Assembly (NCBI GenBank): GCA_021813905.1
Contig: JAKAJH010000008.1
Span: 870 to 64,869 of the forward strand
Length of the DNA: 64,000 nucleotides
Direction of reading: 5' to 3'
Source of the DNA: Bacteroidota bacterium
Lineage (GTDB): Bacteria; Bacteroidota; Ignavibacteria; UBA10030
This document shows, piece by piece, positions 57,983-64,000 of the stretch (within the stretch, counting starts at the first letter, position 1; every line of letters starts with the position of its first letter). Under the pieces are notes generated by a model. It made no database searches. It was not told the origin of the DNA and saw only the letters and a program-made list of their open reading frames with translations. Both the position numbers and the translations under genes were made by a program.

Positions 57983-58879
57983 ATGACCCGACACTCCCGC
58001 TTCCGAATACCGCATACCGCGAGGTACATTCTCCCGATGATCCTCGTGCTCGGCATCGGGTTCTCCACCCTGCGCGGGCAGACGCACGAGCCGCGAACGA
58101 TCTGCGTCGCGATCCGGGTCGACGACATCTTCATGCGATCCAGTCCGCTGCAGCCCCAGGAGATCGACGGATTCATCCGCGTCTGCGAACGGCACGGGGC
58201 GCACGTGATCCTGGCGGTGATACCGCACCGATTGCTGGAACCGCAAAACGCTGACGGTGCCATGGCAGGAACGCTTCGCCGGCTCGTCCAGCGGGGACAC
58301 ATGGTGGCGCTGCATGGATACGCACATCAATGCTCCCGGTGCGGGAGTACGGACCACGAATTTGACTGCCCGGTCCATGGCCCGGCTCCCACCAACACGG
58401 AAATGCGGGAGCTGTCGGACGGGAAGAGACTGCTCGAAGAGATCACGGGGGCTCCGGTCACCACCTATATCAGCCCGGGATCGGATGACCAGCTGAGCCC
58501 GCAGACTGCCTCGATCCTCACGACGCTCGGCATCCGCTGGGTCACGGACACGACCGTCCTTGTGCCCACCGCCCGACGCCCACTGAACCGTGTGCCCGAC
58601 CTCCCGGAATACACGTGGGACCTGTCCGACTCCACCTTCGAAGCTTCTCTGCAACGGGCGTTGACGGATTTCGCAACGGCGACCGCGCGGAGCAATTTCT
58701 TCGGCATCGCGCTGCACGATCACTTCACGCGCCAGGCATTCCGTCACGGGATCGTCCTTCGATGGACGGACCAGTTCCTCACCGCCATCCAACGCATTCC
58801 CGGCATCCGGATCCGGTTCGTCACGAACGACGAAATGGATCCCGCGTGGTTCTCTGCCGCACCGGAGCAGCCACGATGA
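57983..58879 (+). CDS. polysaccharide-deacetylase-like / DUF2334-type protein
   Basis: 298 aa. N-terminal TM/signal. Metal-ligand-like HGYAH and DDxF motifs (VAIRVDDIFMRS, VALHGYAHQC). Confidence 0.5.
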   Translation: MTRHSRFRIPHTARYILPMILVLGIGFSTLRGQTHEPRTICVAIRVDDIFMRSSPLQPQEIDGFIRVCERHGAHVILAVIPHRLLEPQNADGAMAGTLRRLVQRGHMVALHGYAHQCSRCGSTDHEFDCPVHGPAPTNTEMRELSDGKRLLEEITGAPVTTYISPGSDDQLSPQTASILTTLGIRWVTDTTVLVPTARRPLNRVPDLPEYTWDLSDSTFEASLQRALTDFATATARSNFFGIALHDHFTRQAFRHGIVLRWTDQFLTAIQRIPGIRIRFVTNDEMDPAWFSAAPEQPR

Positions 58880-60165
58880 GGCACGACCGATACCTCCCGT
58901 CCGTACGTCGGCTGCTGCACCTCGCTCCGTTGCTCGTCAGCCTGCTCCTCGGCTGCGGCCGGCAGGACAACAGCGTAGTCATTGAATTCTGGACTCTCCA
59001 GCTCTCTCCGACATTCAACGATTACTTCCACCGGCTTGTGGCCTCATATGAACGTCAGCATCCCGGGGTGCGGATCCGCTGGGTGGACATTCCCTACGAC
59101 GCCGCCGTGCAGAAGCTGCTGTCCTCCGCCGTGGCGGGCAACGCCCCTGACGTGGTCAATCTCTCCGCCGACTTCCTGGCGAAGTTCAACGGCATGCACG
59201 CGTGCATTGACCTGACTCCGGCGGTCGCCCGATGCGGATACACGTTCCTTCCCAACGCGCTCGACATCTGCACCTGCAACGGGACGCTGGCTGGAATCCC
59301 GTGGTACCTCAACACCTATGTTCTGATCTTCAACACCCGGCTGATCCGTGCCGCCGGTTTCACGGAGCGCACGTTGCCCCGCACGTATGCTGAGCTCATT
59401 CCGTTCGTCCGACAGTACAAGGATCGGACCGGGAAGTATGCCTTGTTCTGGAACATCGGGAAGGACAGCTATCTGCCGATGATGCTCGGCTCCGAGGGGA
59501 TCCCGATGACCGACAGCGCGCTGACGCACGCGACGTTCAATACGGAGCGCGGTGTAGCGCTGGTCGACCAGTGGGTCCAGTCGTACCGCGAAGGGTATCT
59601 GCCGCGTGAATCGGTCATCAAGCCGGGCTCGGCGGTCGTGGAGGCATACCAGTCCGGGCAGGTGGCGATGCTGATGACCGGACCGGTGTTTCTGAAACGG
59701 ATCCGTACCAATGCGCCGGCGATCTATGCGGAAACCGACGTCGCGCCTGCCATCGTCGGAGCGACCGGCATGCATGAGCTGGCCGCGATGTCGATCTCTG
59801 TTCTTTCCACGAGTGCGCACCCCAAGGAAGCGGCCGACTTCGCGCTGTACGTGACGAATCCGGAGAACCAGCTGGCCTTCAGCCGCATGACGACGACGCT
59901 TCCTTCCGTCGTTGAAGCGCTGCGCGATCCGTTCTTCACCACGGAGGTCGGTTCCGTGGAGACACGCGCACGCGTACTCAGCGCACGGCAACTCCCGTTC
60001 GCGACCCGCCTGCAATCTCATTTGCTGGACGCGGATTTTGATGTGCTTCGCGATGCGTTCGACGAAGCGATCCAGAAAGCCTGCTTCGGGGAGCTTTCGA
60101 CCCGGGAAGCGCTGGCGCAGGCCGCCCGCACCTGGGACGGCGTTCTCCGAAAGAACCGGCGCTGA
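58876..60165 (+). CDS. carbohydrate ABC transporter substrate-binding lipoprotein (family 1 SBP)
   Basis: Start moved to MRHDRYLPS.., which overlaps the upstream stop as ATGA. Lipobox LLLGCG. IEFWTLQLSPTFNDYF..., AVAGNAPDVVNLSADF and WYLNTYVLIFN are typical of sugar-binding SBPs. Confidence 0.8.
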   Translation: MRHDRYLPSVRRLLHLAPLLVSLLLGCGRQDNSVVIEFWTLQLSPTFNDYFHRLVASYERQHPGVRIRWVDIPYDAAVQKLLSSAVAGNAPDVVNLSADFLAKFNGMHACIDLTPAVARCGYTFLPNALDICTCNGTLAGIPWYLNTYVLIFNTRLIRAAGFTERTLPRTYAELIPFVRQYKDRTGKYALFWNIGKDSYLPMMLGSEGIPMTDSALTHATFNTERGVALVDQWVQSYREGYLPRESVIKPGSAVVEAYQSGQVAMLMTGPVFLKRIRTNAPAIYAETDVAPAIVGATGMHELAAMSISVLSTSAHPKEAADFALYVTNPENQLAFSRMTTTLPSVVEALRDPFFTTEVGSVETRARVLSARQLPFATRLQSHLLDADFDVLRDAFDEAIQKACFGELSTREALAQAARTWDGVLRKNRR

Positions 60166-60171
60166 CCCCGC

Positions 60172-61017
60172 ATGAACCGAGCGATCCCCTATTATTTCCT
60201 TTTGCCCGCGCTCCTGCTTCTGGGTGTGTTTGTCCTGTACCCCATGGCTGAAGTTGTCGGTTTCAGCTTCCTCCACTACTCGTTCTTCGGACCCCACGAA
60301 TTTGCAGGACTGGGCAATTACAGCCGGCTGTTTCAGGATGGGGATTTCTGGCGAACACTGCTGAATTCCCTGCTGTGTGTGCTCGTCACGCCGATACTAA
60401 TGGCCGTCTCACTTGCCCTGGCACTGAGCGTTCGTCACCAGGTTCATCGTGCGTCGGGTGTGCGGCTTCTGCTCTTCCTCCCCGTGATCACGCCGGTTGT
60501 GGTCGTCGGCATCATGTGGCGGTGGATCTTCAACGAGGATACGGGCATCATCAATTATCTGCTTTCCCTCCTCACCGTCCGACCGGTGCACTGGCTGACG
60601 CAGTATCCGGTCAACCTGGGCAGCGTGCTTATCCTCACGCTCTGGCGGGGATTCGGGTACTACATGATGCTGTTCCTCGCGGGGCTCGCGCTCATTCCGA
60701 AGGAGATCGAAGAGGCCAGCCTGCTGGACGGCGTCACCCCCTGGCAACAGGCGACGCGGATCATTCTGCCGAACCTGAAGCCGACCTTGCTGTTCATGGC
60801 GGTGGTCTCCTCGTCGGCGGCGATCAAGCTGTTCACGGAGGTGTACGTGCTCATTCCGGGCGTGCCGATGAACAACAAGACGCTGGTCGCGTTTCTGTAT
60901 CGGCAGGCGTTCGAGCGATTTGACTTCGGGTACGGCTCCGCCATCGCGGTCGTGCTGTTCGCCCTGACGTTTGCACTCTCCGCCGCCAATATCCGGATCA
61001 TGGAGGACCGCGCATGA
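60172..61017 (+). CDS. carbohydrate ABC transporter permease (MalF/UgpA-like)
   Basis: 281 aa, 6 TM. The EAA-type loop is EEASLLDGVTPWQQATRIILPNLKP. Confidence 0.85.
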   Translation: MNRAIPYYFLLPALLLLGVFVLYPMAEVVGFSFLHYSFFGPHEFAGLGNYSRLFQDGDFWRTLLNSLLCVLVTPILMAVSLALALSVRHQVHRASGVRLLLFLPVITPVVVVGIMWRWIFNEDTGIINYLLSLLTVRPVHWLTQYPVNLGSVLILTLWRGFGYYMMLFLAGLALIPKEIEEASLLDGVTPWQQATRIILPNLKPTLLFMAVVSSSAAIKLFTEVYVLIPGVPMNNKTLVAFLYRQAFERFDFGYGSAIAVVLFALTFALSAANIRIMEDRA

Positions 61018-61817
61018 CTGCCGCCCGTCGCCTCGTCCTTCTGATCGCCTCGGTCGCCGCGGTGGCTCCGTTCCTGTGGCTCCTGAGCACCTCACTCAAA
61101 GGGGCCGAGGAGCTGTTCGCCTATCCGCCGCGGCTGATCCCGTCGACGATCGTCTGGGAGAACTATCGCGGGGTGTGGAACGCCATTCCGATGGCGGCGT
61201 ACTTCATCAACACCACCATCGTCACCGTGACGGCGGTTACGCTGAACCTCCTGCTCTCCTCGCTGGCGGGCTTCGCCTTCGCCCGGTTCCGGTTCCGTGC
61301 CCAGCGGCCGCTGTTCTACGCGGTCATTGCCGCCATCCTGATCCCCAAAGAGGTGATCATTCTTCCGTTGTACGCTATGGTCCTTCGCATGCATCTGGCG
61401 GATTCGCTGACGGGCGTGGTGCTCCCCTTCGCCGTGGACGGGCTCGGCATCTTTCTGATGCGGCAGGCATTCGCGGCGATCCCTCGGGAGGTGGAGGATG
61501 CCGCGCGGGTGGACGGCGCGTCCCCGCTGCGGTTGTGGTGGGATGTGATGCTGCCGATGACGCGACCGACGCTGGCCACGCTGGCGATCTTCACGTTCAT
61601 CGGCGCGTGGGGCGACTTCCTCTGGCCTCTGGTCGTGTTGAAATCGCCGGAGCACTACACGCTGCAGGTCGGATTGAGCTTTATGACCGGCACGTTCGTC
61701 GACAACTTCCGCTATGTCGCGGCCGGCGCGGTCCTGTCACTCCTGCCGGTTCTCATCGTCTTCATGCTCATGCAGAAGCATTTCGAGCGCGGGCTCTTCG
61801 CCGGCAGCACGCACTGA
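61014..61817 (+). CDS. carbohydrate ABC transporter permease (MalG/UgpE-like)
   Basis: 267 aa. 4-nt overlap with the upstream permease. EAA motif EDAARVDGASPLRLWWDVMLPMTRP. Confidence 0.85.
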   Translation: MTAARRLVLLIASVAAVAPFLWLLSTSLKGAEELFAYPPRLIPSTIVWENYRGVWNAIPMAAYFINTTIVTVTAVTLNLLLSSLAGFAFARFRFRAQRPLFYAVIAAILIPKEVIILPLYAMVLRMHLADSLTGVVLPFAVDGLGIFLMRQAFAAIPREVEDAARVDGASPLRLWWDVMLPMTRPTLATLAIFTFIGAWGDFLWPLVVLKSPEHYTLQVGLSFMTGTFVDNFRYVAAGAVLSLLPVLIVFMLMQKHFERGLFAGSTH

Positions 61818-61889
61818 TCCGACCGGCCGCGCTGACTCCCGCAACACCGGAGACACGCGGCAGCGCCGACACACACCGCTGCGAAGACT

Positions 61890-63998
61890 CTACACTGTCG
61901 CCGGACCCGATCCCAGATGTGTATTCAGCATCCCCACAAGCTCACGCTTGCGGAAGGGCTTGCAGATGCTCGAGGTGAACCCGTATTCAGCGGGATTCTT
62001 CATCACCGGATCGTCCGAGTAACCGCTGGCCACGAAGACCGGAACGGTCGCATCGAGCGTCCGGACTTGCCGGACCGCGGTTGCTCCGTCCATTCCCCCG
62101 GGGACAGTCAGGTCAAAGATTATTCCGGCGAACCTCTTCCCCTTGCCGCGTTCCGACCGGAACCGGGCAATCGCATCCTCACCGTTCACCGCACACACCA
62201 CCTCATAGCCGAGCGAACCCAGCATTTCACAGATGGTTTCCCGCACAACATCTTCATCGTCCATCACCAGAAACATGGCGTGACCGGCGTGTGAGGCGGC
62301 GAGGTCGGGCGATGCGGCCGGGACGGGCTGGTCCACCGCCGGCAGGTACACATGGAATGCACTGCCTTTCCCCAACTCGGATTCCACCTCGATCCGTCCC
62401 CCATGCCGATTGATAATGGAATAACAGGTCGCGAGGCCGAGACCATGCCCCTTGGCTTTCGTGGTGAAGAACGGATCGAAGATGCGCGGGAGCAGTTCTT
62501 TCGGGATCCCGGTGCCCCGGTCGTGAACGGAGATCTTCACGTACCGGCCTCCGGGTAATGCCACCCCTTCGTTTCCCGTCAGCACGACGTTCGAAGCCGC
62601 AAGATCGATCGTCCCGCCGAGCGGCATCGCCTGCTGCGCATTGATGACCAGATTGTCGATGACCTGCGCGATCTGATTCCGGTCGAAGCTGCACGGCCAG
62701 AGATCGTCGGGGATCGATGTCCGACACGACACATTCGAACCGCTCAGGGCAAAGTGCGCCGTCTCCTCGACGAAGGGGAACAGGTGATCGACCTTTTGGA
62801 TGGGAGCGCCGCCCTTGGAGAACGTCAGCAGCTGGGTGGTCAGCGCCCGCGCCCGGTCGATGGTGGCCAGCGCTTTCGTCAGGTATGTCGTGTGCCGCTT
62901 CTCGTCCGTCTGCTGCGCCGCCAGATCGATGTATCCGTAAATGCCGCCCAACAGATTATTGAAGTCATGAGCAATGCCGGCCGCAAGGACGCCGATGGAC
63001 TCGAGCTTCTGCGCATTCTGCGCAGACTCCAGAAGTTCCTGCTTCTCGGTCATATCGCGAAACACTAGGACGACACCGATGGTGACGCTGTTCCGATCCT
63101 TGATCGGCGCGGCACTGTCAGCGATCGCCCGCTCCACGCCGTCCTTCGAGACGAGAAGTGTATGATTCGCAAGCTCGACGATCATCCCTGAAGAAAGCAC
63201 CCGGTTCACGGGGTCTTCCAGACGCTCGCGGGTGTGTTCATTGATAACGACAAAGACACGCGTCAGCGGCTCCCCGACAACTTCCTGCATCGACCAGCCG
63301 GTGAGTTCCTCGGCCACTTTGTTCATCAGGGCGACACGCCCCTGCACGTCGGTCGCAATGACGGCATCGCCGATGCTTCGCAGCGTCACCAGCAGCCGTT
63401 CCTTTTCGTTGGCGATGGACGCTTCGGCCCGCTTCCGCTCGGCAATCTCCTCCTCGAGCTCTTTTGTCTTGCGACGGACGCGCGTCTTGAGACTCGAATT
63501 GAAGAACATCAGCACGAGGAGGGAGAAGAACCCGGCTCCGGACGCTGCGGCAAGGACCGACGCGATGCGGCCTTCCGATTCGATGGGGACGCGCAGTGAC
63601 TCGATGGCGCGGATATCACCGACCTTCTCGTGAAATCCGCCGTCGCGCGGATACAGCCGCCGCAACCCGGGAGGCGCGTCGGCAGGATCCCCGTGACACA
63701 CCATGCATCGCTGCTCGTTCCGCAGGAACGGAATCGCGTAGTACAGGTAGCTCGTGTCGTTCCGGCTGATGATCTCCTGTTGCTCATGCACGGATGAATC
63801 ACTGTTGAACAGTCGAATCTTCTCCGACTCCCACGCATCCGCCATATTCACGGGGTTCCGCGGATTCAGCGCCGCGAGTTTGTAGTACACGGGCTGCATA
63901 CCCAGCTTCGCCCGTTCGTCGTTATAAAATCGGTGCATCTCCCGCACGATGTAGGTCGACGACATCGCCTCGGGCTCGTAGAAGTTCCGGTCGATCAT
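61890..63998 (-). CDS. hybrid sensor histidine kinase/response regulator with PAS domain and a CxxCH-containing periplasmic sensor domain (probably 5'-truncated by window end)
   Basis: 702-aa ORF reaching the window edge. Periplasmic segment ...NEQRCMVCHGD (a c-type heme motif, DUF3365-like). TM helix. PAS. HisKA H-box AAGIAHDFNNLL. HATPase_c. C-terminal receiver FLVMDDEDV...DLTVPGGMDG. Confidence 0.8.
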   Translation of the reverse strand: MIDRNFYEPEAMSSTYIVREMHRFYNDERAKLGMQPVYYKLAALNPRNPVNMADAWESEKIRLFNSDSSVHEQQEIISRNDTSYLYYAIPFLRNEQRCMVCHGDPADAPPGLRRLYPRDGGFHEKVGDIRAIESLRVPIESEGRIASVLAAASGAGFFSLLVLMFFNSSLKTRVRRKTKELEEEIAERKRAEASIANEKERLLVTLRSIGDAVIATDVQGRVALMNKVAEELTGWSMQEVVGEPLTRVFVVINEHTRERLEDPVNRVLSSGMIVELANHTLLVSKDGVERAIADSAAPIKDRNSVTIGVVLVFRDMTEKQELLESAQNAQKLESIGVLAAGIAHDFNNLLGGIYGYIDLAAQQTDEKRHTTYLTKALATIDRARALTTQLLTFSKGGAPIQKVDHLFPFVEETAHFALSGSNVSCRTSIPDDLWPCSFDRNQIAQVIDNLVINAQQAMPLGGTIDLAASNVVLTGNEGVALPGGRYVKISVHDRGTGIPKELLPRIFDPFFTTKAKGHGLGLATCYSIINRHGGRIEVESELGKGSAFHVYLPAVDQPVPAASPDLAASHAGHAMFLVMDDEDVVRETICEMLGSLGYEVVCAVNGEDAIARFRSERGKGKRFAGIIFDLTVPGGMDGATAVRQVRTLDATVPVFVASGYSDDPVMKNPAEYGFTSSICKPFRKRELVGMLNTHLGSGPATV

Positions 63999-64000
63999 TC

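Noticed and set aside
1-64000. Search for CRISPR arrays, tRNA/rRNA genes, transposases or integrases, and phage genes.
   Set aside because: No direct-repeat/spacer periodicity, no recognisable tRNA cloverleaf candidates or rRNA by eye, and no transposase, integrase or phage-structural motifs in any frame. The tandem repeats found are intragenic protein repeats (36345-40382), not mobile-element or CRISPR repeats. tRNA absence is not proven without a covariance-model scan.

Overview
GC-rich bacterial chromosome segment (roughly 60-65% GC by eye). It has compact gene organisation and many secreted proteins ending in a Type IX secretion C-terminal sorting domain (NPFNPST..IRF...KMLLLK-type), which places it in the Fibrobacteres-Chlorobi-Bacteroidetes superphylum. 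No rRNA, tRNA, CRISPR array or transposase/integrase gene was recognised by eye. I recognise about 45 protein-coding genes, almost all on the minus strand between 10.9 and 55.4 kb.

Left to right:
- zwf and a fused msrA/msrB.
- A TetR-controlled RND efflux operon (TolC-like, MFP, AcrB-like) with palindromic candidate operators.
- A LysE exporter and a GNAT-like protein.
- A T9SS-secreted S1/P1 nuclease.
- beta-phosphoglucomutase and a T9SS-tagged GH3 enzyme.
- A tightly coupled five-gene operon: MerR-like regulator (Cys-rich C-terminus), octaheme c-type cytochrome, membrane cytochrome b, YeeE/YedE and a YeeE/YedE-rhodanese fusion. I read this as a candidate tetrathionate/thiosulfate-type sulfur redox and uptake module.
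- Two paralogous cassettes (20.4-26.7 kb and 46.5-52.6 kb). Each has a TonB-dependent receptor with a carboxypeptidase-regulatory N-domain, a paralogous FN3-containing secreted protein with a divergent T9SS/FlgD-Ig-type C-terminal domain, and a PorV/PorQ-like outer-membrane beta-barrel.
- A glycan-processing island (28.7-45.1 kb) with N-acylglucosamine 2-epimerase, a DUF4855-like protein, a HyuA-like hydantoinase translationally coupled to an IT-superfamily transporter, an FAD oxidoreductase, a 1345-aa tri-repeat T9SS protein carrying a chitobiase/hexosaminidase C-terminal-type domain, an HGSNAT/DUF5009-like membrane acyltransferase and two GHL10-like hydrolases.
- A ROK regulator divergent from an operon encoding a T9SS-tagged GxGYxYP-like protein, a DUF2334-like deacetylase and a sugar ABC importer (binding protein plus two permeases, no ATPase).
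- A hybrid histidine kinase, probably truncated at the window end, with a CxxCH motif in its sensor domain.

The six-frame track uses GTG as well as ATG starts. Many long antisense ORFs are GC-driven artefacts. Several starts were moved to internal ATG/GTG codons that sit in front of signal peptides or overlap upstream stop codons.
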